DNA from: Stegostoma tigrinum
Lineage: Eukaryota
Length of the DNA: 64,000 bases
Reading direction: 5' to 3'
NCBI RefSeq assembly: GCF_030684315.1
Contig: NC_081372.1
Span: forward strand, 51,370,987 to 51,434,986
The stretch's first letter is position 1. Every line of letters begins with the position of its first letter. Both the position numbers and the translations under genes were made by a program. The notes under the pieces are model-generated. The model was not told where the DNA came from. It saw only the letters and a list, made by a program, of their open reading frames with translations, and made no database searches. Below, in pieces: positions 11,840 through 25,046 of this stretch.

Positions 11840-14800
11840 CTAAAGTAAGAGGACACTCTAAACTTAGATCTGCCGATTGTTAACCATGAACATTGGGAAT
11901 GAAATGATGTTTGAAAAGAAGAGAAAACGCTAATGCTTAAACTCAATGTGAGTGTTATTCAGCACTGGTGGAATCTGAGATTAGACGAGCTTCCGGGAAA
12001 CCCATGACATCAATTATAAGTGAAGTGAAGCGAATTATTATGTACTCATTTGTGAAGATGTGAATTACGTTAGATTTAGTTTTAGATTCTACTATCGTGT
12101 GTGGTTGCATTACAGGAGTACAGTGAAAAATGTATAATGTTGTCATAGATGGCCCCATTTCAGGTACAAATGTACCCAGGTCCAAAAAACTGAAGTACAA
12201 GTTAGCCAGAGAAAAAGAGTTAAAACATGAAGCATTACCTTCACATAAGCAAACAGAAAAATAAAGAAAAAAGTTAATAGTTAACATTGCAGTCCGCCTT
12301 ACTGCAGTCTAGAAAGTAGAACAGCTATTTTACCTCCAGTATTTTTCTTACCTCTGCGAGAAGGGATCATCAGAGAATTAACATCACAGAGTAATACAAT
12401 ACCCAGCACAATTTGGACTCGCCTGTAATTTGGGAAGACCAAACACACAGACTGGAAGACCATTTTGCTGAACACTTCAGCGCAGCTCACACAAATGTTC
12501 TGAGCTTTCATTGACGTTTCATTTAAATGCTCCAAACTGCCCTGACGCTGACGTCAACTTGGCCTGTTGCACTTTTGCAGGGAAGGCCAAGATTACAAAC
12601 TGTGCCTCATCTTCGAATTAGGCATTTTATAGCAGTATGGACTCAAGCATTTCATTCCATTTCGCAGTGTACTCTCTTTTTTTTCCTTTTCATTCCTATT
12701 TGATGAGCCAGCAGCACACCTGCTCTCGGCACATTTTGGTTTATTTGTTTTTTCTTGCACCAAATCAATTTCCTTTGGACCCTGAAGACTGACTCTTCTG
12801 TCATCAGCTTTCCCTGTCTTCCCTTGCATCACAGATCTTTCTTTTGTACGAAAGATGGCCAGGTGTAGAACTAAAATGACAGGCCTCTGAAATCTGTAAG
12901 ATTAAGAAAGAAGGCCCTCATTGAAAACTCAGCACAAGAAATGCTTTTGGAATTTTCATGATTCCATCACCCAATGAGATTTCTTCACCTCCGCCGTTCA
13001 ACTTCCAGATTCTGTGAGTGGCTGCCTCCAGGTAAGAATTTTCGTCCAGGCAGGCTGGTCTTGGTATCTGTCCAGCACGTAGATAAAGATGTAGCGAGGT
13101 ACTATCACCTGGAGGTGCCTTCAATTAACGTCTGACTGTTTTGTTTGAATGTCTTCAGCCACTGCCCTACATTTAGTGCAGGTCGGCACACAATGTCTGC
13201 TTGGAGGGAGCACCAGGTATTTGACACAAAGACATGCTGAAAATGGAGGTATAGTTCCAAGTCAGGATGGTGAGTGGCTTGGAGGGGAATGTGCAGGTGG
13301 TGGTGTTCCCATGTACTTGCTGCCATTGTCCTTCCAGGTGGTAGTGGTCATGGGATAAGGACATTTTGTTGATAGAACCTTGGTGAATTTCTGTTTTGCA
13401 TCTTGTAAATGGTGATGAATGTATTGTTACACTACTTGCTCCTTGATTTCATGTATGTGTTTCATACTTTAAATTGTATGAGGCAATTGCCACCTCTTTT
13501 TGCCTATAACACTAAGGGCTGCACAGCGTCTCAGTGGTTAGCACTGCTGCCTCACATAGAGCTGAGTTCAGTTCCACCCTTGGCCAACTGTCTGCGTGGA
13601 GTTTACATGTTTTCTCTGTGTGTACGTGGGTTTCCTTTGGTTACTCCAGTTACTTCGTGTAGGCCAAAGATGTGCATGTTAGGCGAACAAGCCATGCTAA
13701 ATTGCCCATGGTATCCTGGGCAAGGTAGATTAGATTAATTAACCATGGGAAATGCAGGGTTACAAGGATAGAGAAGAGTGAGGGATGGTCTTTGTAGGGT
13801 TGGTATGCAATGGATGAAATAAGTCGCCTGTTTCCCCACTGTAGGTATTCTACGATTAAACATAATGGCACAATGGTTTACTAATAACAGTTCTTTAAGC
13901 AACAGCAACAGCAGCTTATTGTGCAGAATTATGGTGATAAATGTATTGTTATACGACTTATTCCTTGATTTACTGCATGTGTTCCATGCTACACTACAGG
14001 TTTCACGGTGTCTCAGTGGTTAGCACTGCTGCCTCACAGAGATGGGGAGCTGGGTTCAATTCCACTCTTGGCCAAATGTCTGCATGGAGTTTGCACATTC
14101 TCCATGTGTCTTCATGGTTTTCCTCTGGTTATTGCAGTTACTTCCCACAGTCTAAAGATGTGCATGTTAGGCAGACAAGCCATGCTAAAATGCCCATGGT
14201 ATCTTGGGGAGTGTAGACTAGATGAACAAGCCATGGGAAATGCAGGGTTACAAGGGTAGAGTAGAGTGAGGGAAGCTCTTTGGAGGGTTGATGCAGACTT
14301 GATGGACGAAGGAGCCTGTTTCTACAATGCAGGGATTCTATGTTTTATGGCACAATGGTTTACTCATAACAATCATTTCAGTGAACTGTCACCAACTGCA
14401 GCTTGTTGTGCTCTAGACTGTGCTGTGATTCAGTGTGAAGCATTCTTGTGTGTGAATTCAAATGTGAAGTTTCCAATCTGACACTGACAGCAGCTGATTA
14501 ATGTGTAGTGAATGGCAGTGATAATGTCGCACTTTGAGGTAATTTGTCATTTTGATGACAGCCGTCATCTGTGGATCCTGGGATATGATTTAACAGAAGA
14601 GCAGGAGAGGCCAATAGTTGTTCCTCAGAATATCACAGGAATGGCTTATCTACTAATGTAGAATTTGCTATGTGCAGGTTGTTGATGACGTATTCTTCAT
14701 GAATTGCTGCATACCCTTTCAAAGTACTTCACTACTATTATCAACTGTTGAGATATCCTCTGTCATGAAGGATGTGCCACATGAGGAGAATGGTTTTGCT

Positions 14801-15217
14801 GCCAATATATGTAAACTGCTTTTTCGTGATACAATTTAACATTGTCGCCTGCTGGAAATAGAGAATAAATATCCAGAGAATCCCTGTCATTCACCAAGTG
14901 AAATGCAACAAGTGGCTGGAAAATATTGGCATTATCTTTATTAGGAAATGGTTTTGAATAAATTGTGCAGCGTTCCAGGCTGAGAGGAAAATCACTGAGC
15001 ATTTCATACATATGTGATTGCTTCTTCCTCACAAAGAGAGAACTATTGCAGCTATGAAGCTCTCTGTATGTAGCTCCAGTCCTATCAAACAGATTTTGAA
15101 TTTTTTGCAAACATTGGGTGTATTTCAGACGTCTCGGTAGTTGGTCGCAGAAGGACGACGACTCACAGTTCATTAAATTGTTGTATCACAGTGGGTAGCT
15201 GAGGGATGTTGGCTTTT

Positions 15218-15249
15218 TTACTGGACATTCTCAAACAACTTCGACGATT
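15218..15249 (-). CDS. TNNC2: Troponin C-like exon 6, copy D
   Basis: ESSKLFENVQ*, 32 nt. Confidence 0.75.
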
Positions 15250-15344
15250 CTGTAAAGGGAGGAATATATTTGATTGAAAGCATACTTAGTTTAAATACGC
15301 TATACTAAACCAACACAATATCACTTTCTTTTATTTTAACATAT

Positions 15345-15481
15345 CATCAAAGTCAAGTTTACCATCAGTGTTCTTGTCCCACTCCCTGATGAGTTCATGA
15401 AGTTCCTCCTCTGCAACATGCTCCCCAGCATCCTGGATGACATCAACCAGCTCATGACGATCGATGAATCTGTCAGCATTG
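15345..15481 (-). pseudogene. TNNC2: Troponin C-like exon 5, copy D; open frame but the splice donor reads AT instead of GT
   Basis: 137 nt. NADRFIDRHELVDVIQDAGEHVAEEELHELIREWDKNTDGKLDFD, followed by atatgt. Confidence 0.8.
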
Positions 15482-17137
15482 CTAGAGTCATCAAGAAAAG
15501 TGTGAAAGTCCCCAATCCAGCAATGTTATCTACCTTACCAAAATAGAAGTTGAGAAAAGATCATCTCCACCTAATTTCACTTTCTTTCTGTCTGAAAATT
15601 TACATTATTTAACCTCATCAAGTAATCGATTTTAATCACTGGGTTACAACAAATCGAGATATGTTACACAATCATCTGAGGAAACGGCTTCATAAACCTC
15701 AGGTCTAAACTCACCTGTTCCATCCAAAAATGATACGGTTCCCACCCAATGTCTCAAATTTCTCAAGACCTGAATTCAATAGTGTGCCCTCTGCTCTGAA
15801 AGCAATTACAAATAATTTGTCATTATCACCTTCGATTCTGTTCAATTGGAAATGGCTTCCCTTTCATTCCAATGATAATATTGAATCACACTTTCTGTTC
15901 TTCCATAATTTTGTTCGTGACAGTTTTGTTTTCTGAAAATCTTCTGTTGATATTCTCTACTTATGTTCTCCATCGCCTTTTACATGGATAAGTGTGTTGC
16001 TGACAACGACTGCATTGTTGTCCATGCCTAATTGCACATGAATGGAGTTGCTTGTTCAGTAATTTCAGAGTGCAGTTACAAATCAGACAGCGTTCCACTG
16101 GTCTGGATTTATGTTCAGGCCAGCAAGGTAAGGATGGCAGATTGTCTTCCTTGAAGGACACAAGTGAACCACATAGGTTTTCAGAATAATCAATAACACT
16201 TGTCACTATCATCATCGACATTAGTTTTATGTTGCAGATGTATTGATTGAGTTTTCTATTTCACTAGCTCACCGGATGAGATTTGAAAGTTTGTCCCTTG
16301 AGCATCAGCATGATCCACTGGCTCGCTCGTCTGGGACATTTCCATTATGCTGTTATCCTCCAGAATTGAAAACATGCTGTCTATCCAAATTGTCAAAACA
16401 TCTGTGAGTATTGCAACTATCTATGGATCACCCTTTGGTCTTCTTTGTTGAAGAGAAAATAGTCTCAACTGTTAATACTTTCCAAATGTGTGAAGCTGAG
16501 GATTTTAGTCTCAACCTGGTTAATCCTCAAAGAACTGTCTCCAGGCGACTCTTATATCTTTTAGTATAAAATCATGAAAGGTGCACCATGTCACATGCAA
16601 TGTAAATGAAACAAATTTCAATACATGTTTGACAGTTGCGAGTTCCGCTAGAAATGTTCTAGGAACAAATGTTTCCACACTTCTACCTCACTTTGGATAT
16701 GAAGAAGTTATATTGAGCTGAAAACACAGACTCTTTTTTTCTTCTCTAGATAGATGGTGTTCAAGCGAGTGACATTATTTATTCTCATTATTATTTCATA
16801 TTTTCAGCTTCTGCATTATTTTGTATAATTGATATACTTGTTTGCTACAATGGTTTATTTACATGAACCAAAAGGTAAATTCACCTTTGTGTCAACATAT
16901 CAGGTGGTTGATATTTCATTAGAGAGAGATGATTGGCGGTGACTTCGACCAGAGGGTCACTGTGACTGAGTTGAGTGTTGAGGGGAGTCATTCACGGAAA
17001 CCTGAGGTGGTGTAGGAATTAAACCCACACTATTGTTTATACTCTCTCTTACAAACCAGCTAACCAGGCAACTGACCTAACCGGCCTCTTACCCTACATT
17101 TCCTTGAAGCAGGGATGCTTTCCTCATTGCTTTGCTG

Positions 17138-17590
17138 ATAGAACATAGAACATTACAGCACAGTATAGGCCCTTCGGCCCTCGATGTTGTGCTGACGTGT
17201 CATACCAATCTGATGCCCATCTAACCTACTCTATTCCATGTACGTTCATATGCTTGTCCAATGATGACTTAAATGTGCCTAAAGTTAGCAAATCTACTAC
17301 CATTGCAGGCAAACCGTTCCATTCCCTTCCTACTTTCTGAGTAAAGAAACTACCTCTGACACCTGTCCTGTATCTTTCACCTCACAATTTAAAGCTATGC
17401 CCCCTCGTGCTCACCGTCACCATCCTTGGAAAAAGGCTCTCTCTATCCACCCTATCTAATCCTCTGATTATTTTATCTATCTCAATTAAGTCACCTCTTA
17501 ACCTTCTTCTCTCTAATTAAAACAGCTTCAAGTCCCTCAGCCTTTCCTCGTAAGACCTTCCCTCCATACCAGGCAACATCCTAGTAAATC
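17138..17590 (-). mobile_element. 5'-truncated CR1 LINE inserted only in copy D intron 4
   Basis: (atagaac)n tail and RT C-terminal sequence; the site is empty in units A-C. Confidence 0.9.
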
Positions 17591-17700
17591 TTTGAGAAAG
17601 TTCTTTCATTTATCAATATGTACAACGGAGGATCTACAACCTTAAAATAGAATTTCTGCACGATCATGTTTATACCAGTCATGCAGAAGCTCAAACCCAC

Positions 17701-17815
17701 CAATCAAATACACAAAAGAATTCTGCGATGTCTTTGTCAGACTTTCCTTTCACTTCTTCTCTCATCTGCCTCGCCATCGTCACCAAGAACTCTTCAAAAT
17801 CAATGGTGCCGCTAC
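17701..17815 (-). CDS. TNNC2: Troponin C-like exon 4, copy D
   Basis: 115 nt, tag|...|gtgggt. GSGTIDFEEFLVTMARQMREEVKGKSDKDIAEFFCVFD. Confidence 0.85.
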
Positions 17816-19684
17816 CTAAGACCACACTCAGTTGTAAGCTCTGTCCATTGTTAAACATGAATATTTGTGAACCAAACGATTTTTGAAGAGAAACTGCTAA
17901 TGTTTAAGCTGCATGTTACCCTTTTTGAGACCAATTGCAATCTGAGATTTGATTATCTTTGGGACACCCAAGATATCAGTCAAACATGAAATGAAGTAAA
18001 CTGTTGCGTACTAAATCGTGAAGATATGAAATAATTTACAATTAGATGTAGAATTTTTTTATCATGTGTACTCAAGTACAGTATTACAGGAGTACAGTGA
18101 AAATGTGCAACATTGCCATGCATGTTCCATCTCTGGATCAAAGGTACTTGGGCCCAAAATATGTAGGTACAAATTAGTAACTGAAAAAGAGTTAAATTGT
18201 TTAGCATTACCTTCCGATAGCGTGTAGAAAAATAAAGAATAAAGGTCATAGTTAACATTCCAGTCTTTCTTAATTTAGTCTAGAAAGTAGAACAGTTATT
18301 TTTACCTCCAGTATTTTTCTTATCTGCTCCAGAAGGAATTGTCGAAGAAATAACTTCACAGAGTAAAATTAGACACAACACAATTTGGATTCTCCTGTAC
18401 ATTGGAACGATCAAACACACAAACTGAGAGACCATTTTGCCAAACACTTCAATGGAGCTCGCAAGAATGTCTCTGAGCTTTCATTGACATGTCATTTTAG
18501 TTCCCCATGTTGCTCTCTGGCTGACATCGACTTGGCCTGCTGCACTGTTCCACGAAGGCCAAGCTAACAAACTGTGCCTTGTCTTCCATTTAGGCATTGT
18601 ATAGCTGTGTGGACTCAAACATTTCTTTCCATTTCACAGTGTCCTCTATTTTGTTTCCTTTTCTTTCCTTTTTAAAATTTGTTTAGCCAGCAGCATGCCT
18701 GCTCCAGACACATTTTGGGTTATTTGTTTATTTTCTTGCCTAAGTTCTTTTGGCCCGTGACGACTGACTGTTCTATCATCAATTTTGCCTGGCTTCCATT
18801 CCATCATGGATATTTCTTTTGTCTGAAAGACAGCAGGTGGAGAACTAAAATGAAAGCCAACTGAAAGCATCAAGAAGCCGGTCTGCAAGATTCCTAAATC
18901 GAGAAAGTTTTCATTGAAAACCTAATACAGGAAATGCTTTTTGAACTCTCATGATTCCATCACATGTGAGGTTTTTTTTTACCGTCCCAGGTCAACTTTC
19001 AGATTCTATGAGTGGCTGCTTCTTGATAAGGATTTTCCTCCAAGCATATTAGTCTTGATACCTGTCCAGAGCGTAGACAAAGATGTAGCGAGGAGCTATC
19101 AACTGCACATGCCTGCAGTTAATGTTCGACTGGTATTGATGCAACCCTTTTCATTTTGATGCTGCTTTTTAAAAATTCGTTGACAGAATGGAGTCGTCAC
19201 ATTGCTGGGCCAGTATTTATTGTCAATCTCTAGATATGCTTGGGAAATTGTTGAATGACTTGAACCACTGCAGTCCATTTGGTGCAGCAGGTACACAATG
19301 CCTGCCTGGAGGGAATTCTATGATTTTGACTCAATGACACATGGAGAATGGAGATATAGTTTCAAGTCAGGATGTACGTAGCTAGGAGGGAAATGTGCAG
19401 GTGGTGATGTTCCCATATACTTGCTGCAGTTGTCCTTACTGGTGGTAATGATCATGGGTTTAGGATGTTTTGTCTATGGAACCTTGGTGAATTTCTGTGT
19501 TGCATCTTGTATATGGTACACATGACTGCCACTAAGTTGGCGATTGAGCAAATGACCTGTTATGAATTTGGTGCCAAGCAATAGGCTTCTTTGCGCTAGG
19601 TGATGTGATGGTTCTTGAGTGTTGTTGGAGCTAAACCCATTCAGGCAATTGGGAAGTATTCCATCACACCCCAGTCCTGTAAGA

Positions 19685-20570
19685 GGGATGATGAACGTTC
19701 TGGGACTCTTTAACTCCTGCCAAAGTTTGTACCCAATTTTGCAGCAATAACAGAACCCCTTTCGCAAAGTGATATCTCAGGATGCATGAGGAAAATACAT
19801 ATAGGATTCCATCATGGCATTGATCACCATGGGAGGAATGTCATGATAAATAGCTTACATCATGACTGGTGGAAGCTGGCACACAAAACTTGGGCGTGAA
19901 ATATTGCCAAAAATATCTACCCTGAGGGCAATGCATCCCTGGAATGGCTATTCACATTAAAATACCAAGTCAACCCAGATCAGGGGAACCTTGTGAAACC
20001 ATTCAGATAGTTTATATGTGTCTTATCCCATCCATGCTGAGGGACAATGATCCTGTTTGATTGTAATGGATCATAACCTGATGGCTGGAGGCATTCGAGT
20101 CATGGGATTGCACTGCAACCACCGTCACATGAATATTTGCCAAGGGAGTGATTGCCTGGTGGAGAGTCCCGCTCAGATGAATTCTGATCAGGGAGCCCAT
20201 TTCGCCAGAAAAATTGTTAAAGGGACGTGGAAACTAATGGCAGCAAAACAACTTACACGTGCCCTATAATTCCCAAAGTTGTGTGCTGGTGGTAGCAATG
20301 AACTGGACTCCATAGGCTTTGCTGGCCTGGAACATCCAGCAAACAGGAAGATCCTGGGCAGGTATTCTCCCACAATTCTCCTGAGCTTACAGACCATTGG
20401 CAACTGGCTTAATCCCTGAGGAACATAGGGTGAGAATTTCCAGAGGAAACTAATGCTGGAGGGACAGAACAAGAACTTTATGGGACAAGTTTCGAAAGTA
20501 TGTGATGGAACTGTATAGACCCGATCAGACATGCTCCAAAATATGTTATGGTGATAGCCTAGACCATAAA
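19685..20570 (+). mobile_element. Decayed LTR-retroelement/ERV pol (RT C-terminus and integrase); copies at about 45450-46320 and 61548-61950
   Basis: SDQGAHF integrase motif (ORF 20057). At 61552: DPDQGAHLTTKVVKETCKLMCIKQ*FHLFYCPQCSRMLEGMNWTRK. NFAATTEPL occurs in ORF 45385. Confidence 0.8.
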
Positions 20571-21359
20571 TGTTGTTCATTTTTTGAGAGTGAAGTGTAA
20601 GATACTTTGTTCCAGATTTTATTTCATTGTCCCACCACTAACCTTTAAGCAAACCATACTTTAATCTTACAACACAGATATTAGAAACAGACAAAGAACT
20701 TGGTAAAGTTACCACTTCAAAGACCCAAACTCATTTATTTTATTCTGTTTGCTGTCTCTCAGCCGGGCAAGAAAAATAGCAGCACAAAAAAGTGGGCACA
20801 ACTCGTGGTATCATACAGCACAATGGGAACAGAGTGGTCCGTTGTAATCAAAGAATAGCTGGAATAAGGAAAAATTACTGGGGGAAAGTGGAGGGAGGCG
20901 GTTTTGGGAAGAGGAGGTTAGTGCAGAGGATGGAGTGGGGAAAGACAGGAAACCCAGGAGGAACAGTTATTTAGTTCAGATTGTTGCACTGAATTAACTG
21001 GTAAGTTTGCACTCCCAAGAAATCCTTCGATATCTCCCTGTGCACTTTTTGTCAGTATCTGGGGAAATTCTGGGAATTGTACTCATCAACGATTCTCTGG
21101 AGCTTGGCTTTGGGCCATCGAATAACATTGGGATGTTTGGATCAGGTGGAGTGTAATCCCTCCAGCAACCCAGAAATATCACAGGTCTTCTGTAAAGGGA
21201 CCGTTGTCACATGATGTTGCAAATCTCACCAAGACTAACCTGTCTGGGAAGGGCTGTATCATTTTTGGACAATGGCGGGCAAGCACGAAGAATCTCAAGT
21301 CTATCGGTTAAAATGTGCAGAGTTCTTGACATTACCGACAGATAAGGCCAGACTCCCAC

Positions 21360-21672
21360 ACAAACACAAAGGGTGGATGCTGGGAAGTTGTTCCATTAGG
21401 CGGGGAGACTAGGACCCATGGGCACAGCCTTAGAATTAGAGGGGGTAAATTTAAAACGAAAATGAGGAGACATTTTTTCAGCCAGAGAATGGTGGTCCTG
21501 TGGAATTCATTGCCACAGAGTCAATAAATTCTTGATCTCACAAGGAATCAAGGGCTATGGGGAGAGTGCAGGGAAGTAGAGTTGAAATGCCAATCAAACA
21601 TGATTTAAATGGCGGAGTGGACTCGATGGGCCGAATGGTCTTACTTCCACTCCTATGCCTTATGGTCTTATG
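21360..21672 (+). mobile_element. CR1 3'-end fragment
   Basis: ttcagccagagaatggtggtcctgtggaattc and a (cttatggt)n-type tail. Confidence 0.7.
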
Positions 21673-22199
21673 GTTTAATACAGGGAGCTGAGTCCACCCC
21701 ACTGCCAGTTGTATTGATGGTTCTACATTATTAGTTTTTGTGGTAAATGTGGATGGAGTTATAAACATTACATCAACTTCACACATGGAATACCAAACCC
21801 CTACCCATGTAGTGAGGTTACATACCCCTCCAATGTCCAGCTTCCCTTCAGAACCTTTCCAGGATTTAGGACCCAGTTCCTCAGTGAATAAAACACCCGA
21901 ATGCCAGGAATATTCCCAGTTTCACACTGCCCTGCATTTCTAGGGTGATTATGATCGCACCATCCCCTAAAATATTCACAGATATTACCATTAAGGGATC
22001 CTGCATTGATCCATCTCACAATTATTTCTTACAGCAACTGCGGAGCTCAAGTGATCGTTAATTCAAATGATGTGAAGCCCTTGTTGTGTTTTGGGATAAT
22101 TTGTAAGCGCATCAGAATACCTAAAAGGACTGTCACCCACTTTTCCTGTGTCTTCTGGGTTGCATATCCAATCGAGGTTTAAGGTTTGATTTTTTTTGA

Positions 22200-22990
22200 A
22201 TTTTGACAAATGAGACATGCTGCATTTTGGAAAGGCAAATCAGAGTAGGACTTAAACACTTAACGGTAAGGTCTTGGGGAGTGTTGTTGAACGAAGGGAC
22301 CTGGGAGTGGAGGTTCATAGTTCATTGAAAGTGGAGTCCCAGGTCCACAGGTAGTGAGGAAGGCGTTTGAAATGCCTTTATTGACCAGTGTGTTGAGTGT
22401 AGGAGTTGGGAGGTCATGTTGCAGTTGTACAGGACATCAGTCAGCCCACTTTTGGAATACTGCATTCAATTCTGGTCCCCATGCTACCAGAAGGAAGGTG
22501 TGAAACTTGAAAGGATTCAGAAAAGATTTACAAGGTGGTTGCCAGGATTGGAGGATTTGAGTTACTGGGAGAGGATGAATAGTCTGGGTTTACATTCCCT
22601 GGAACATCAGAGGCTAAGGAGTGACTTTAAAGAGGTATATAAAATCATGAGGGGAATGGATAGGGTGAATAGACAAGTCATGTGTAGAAGTCTAAAATTA
22701 GACGGAATAGTTTTAAGGTGAAAGGGGAAAGATTTAACAGGGACCTTAGTGGCATCTTTTTTTCACACAGAAGCTGGTGCATGTATGGAATGAGGTGCCA
22801 GAGGAAGTGGTAAAGGCTAGTACGTTTACAATATTTAAAAGACATCTGGATGGGTACATGAACAGGACGTGTTTAGAGGGACTGAATTCTGGCAAGTGGG
22901 ATTAGATTAATTTCAGATATCAGGTCGGCATGGATGAGTTGGACTAAAGGGTCTGTTTTCATATTGTGCAGCTCTATGACTGTATGACTG
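22200..22990 (+). mobile_element. CR1 3' fragment; paralogue at about 48320-49115
   Basis: LYRTSVSPLLEYCIQFWSPCYQKE..LERIQKRFTR. Confidence 0.9.
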
Positions 22991-23055
22991 TTGCCATGCC
23001 AGAGCTCTGTGATGTGGAATTGTTGTTTCAGTTATGTTACTTGTCTCGATTCTTT

Positions 23056-23269
23056 GATAACAAGATGTAGAGCTGGATGAACACAGCAGGCCAAGCAGCA
23101 TCATAGTAGCAGGAGAGCTGAAGTTTTGCACCTAGACACTTCTTCAGAAAACTCTGGGCCTGAAACGTTGGCTCTCCTGCTGTTATGATGCTGCTTGGCC
23201 TGCTGTGCTCATCCATCTCTAAACCTTGCTATCTCAGATTCTCCAGCATCTGCAGTTCCTACTATCTCT
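23056..23269. mobile_element. Palindromic mini-element made of two inverted Penelope termini; paralogue at 49183-49393
   Basis: ggatgaacacagcaggccaagcagcatcata ... tatgatgctgcttggcctgctgtgctcatcc; matches the terminus of the 28.9-38.4 kb elements. Confidence 0.85.
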
Positions 23270-23755
23270 GTCTGGATTATTTGCTCTTCCCTTGCCTTTA
23301 AATGACTGCAGTTAAAAACTATGAGGTAATTTCTCATTGGAAGGGCTCTAACATTTTAACTTCAACCCATTGTTTAGCAACAGTTTATTTTCATGACTGC
23401 TGTTAGCTCCTTGAAGGAGATCAATCGCTGTGAGATCACAATCCATTAATCAACTTCACATTTCACCATAAGTCTCTTCATTTACCTGGGAGAATCAGAA
23501 AATCACGACAAACACTCAATGCAGAGCAATTCAATTAAATCTTCAGTTAAACTTCAGATGTTTTTAAAACTGATTCAGGCACTTAACTCAACCACATCCA
23601 CATTTTCAAATCTCCATACACTCCATGAGCATGTACATTATAAACACAAGGTGCAAAACATGTCTTGAGGTCTGAAGCGACAGAAAAAATAAGTTCAGTA
23701 CATATAGAACAACACTTAACAATCAAGGAACTAAAACAAATCACTCATTGACTGC

Positions 23756-25040
23756 GATAACAAGGTGTAGAGCTGGATGAAGACAGAAGGCCAGGCAGCA
23801 TCAAAGGAGCAGGAAAGCTGTCATTTTGGGTCTGAACCCTTCTTCAGAAATCGGGGGAGGGTAACAGGATACTGAAATAAATCGAGAGATGTGGGGAGGT
23901 GATGATGGAAGGTGGATAAAGGAGCAGATAGGTGGAGAGAAGATGGACATGTCAAGGAGTCAGGGATGAAACTGGTAGGTAGGAGGTGGGTTGGGGGTTA
24001 GTCAGTGAGATGGGAGGAGCAGGTAGGTGGGAGAAAAGATGGACAGTTCATGGTGGTAGTGACAAGCTGGGCTGGTTTTTGGATGAGGGAGGGAGTGGGG
24101 AGATTTTGAAGCTTGTGAAGTCCACATTGAGATCATTGGACTGCAGGTTTCCCAAGCAAAATATGATGTGCTGTTCCTGCAGCCTTTGGGTGGCATCGTT
24201 GTGGCACTGAGGAGGCCCAAGATGGACATGTTGTCCAAGGAGTGGGAGGGGGATTTGAAGGGGTTCACGACTAGGAGGTGTTGTTGTGTGCCACAAACTG
24301 AGTGTAGGTGCTCCACAAAGCGGTCTCCAAGTCTCTGCTTGGTTTTCCTGATGTAGAGAAGGCCACATCTGGAACAGCAGATACAATATACCGCATTAGC
24401 AGCCGTGTAGGTGAACATCTGTTTAATGTGGAAGGTTTTCTTGGGGCCTGGGATGGGGGTCAGTGTGGAGGTGTAGGGGCAGGCATAGCACTTCCTGCAG
24501 TTGAAGGGAAAAGTGCCAAGGATGGTGGGGCCAGTGGTGAGTGTAGAGCGGACAAGGGAGTCATGGAGAGAGCGGTCCCTCCGGAAGGCGGATAAGGGTG
24601 GGGAGGGAAAAATGTCCTCCGTAGCGGGGTTGGATTGCAGGTGGCCGAAGTGGCAGAGGATGATGCGTTGAATCCAGAGGTTGGTGGGGTCGTGCATGAA
24701 GACAAGAGGAATTCTGTCTTTATTGTTATTGTGGGGAGGTGGTGTGAGGGATGACTTGAGAGAAATGCAAAAAATGCGGTTCAGAGCGTTTTCGACCACT
24801 GTGGAGGGGAAATTGCGGTCCTTGAAAAATGAGGACATCTGGGATATCTGGGAGCGGAATGCCTCATCTCAGGAGCACATGCGGCAGAGGAGAAGGAAAT
24901 GGGAATAGGGGATAGCATTCTTGCAGGAAAGTGGGTGAGAGGAGGTGTATTCTAGGCAGCTGTAGGAGTTGGTGGGCTTGAAATAGATGTCAGTTTCCAG
25001 GTGCTTGCCTGAGATAGAAACAGTGAAGTCCAACAGAGAA
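23756..25040 (-). mobile_element. Older Penelope element 3' half (RT thumb, GIY-YIG, terminus)
   Basis: ORF 24002..24838 AVYCICCSRCGLLYIRKTKQRLGDRFVEH. Confidence 0.92.
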
Positions 25041-25046
25041 AGTGTT

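Larger units (their letters stand above)
1..19517. repeat. Young tandem segmental repeat, about 3.7 units; unit starts at 1, 5066, 10130 and 15655 (periods 5065, 5064, 5525 bp)
   Basis: ctagatgtcatgcacgaac or a variant recurs at those offsets, and near-identical short ORFs recur (307/5372/10436/15961). Each unit carries troponin C exons plus the same SINE/LINE/PLE remnants. Confidence 0.97.
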
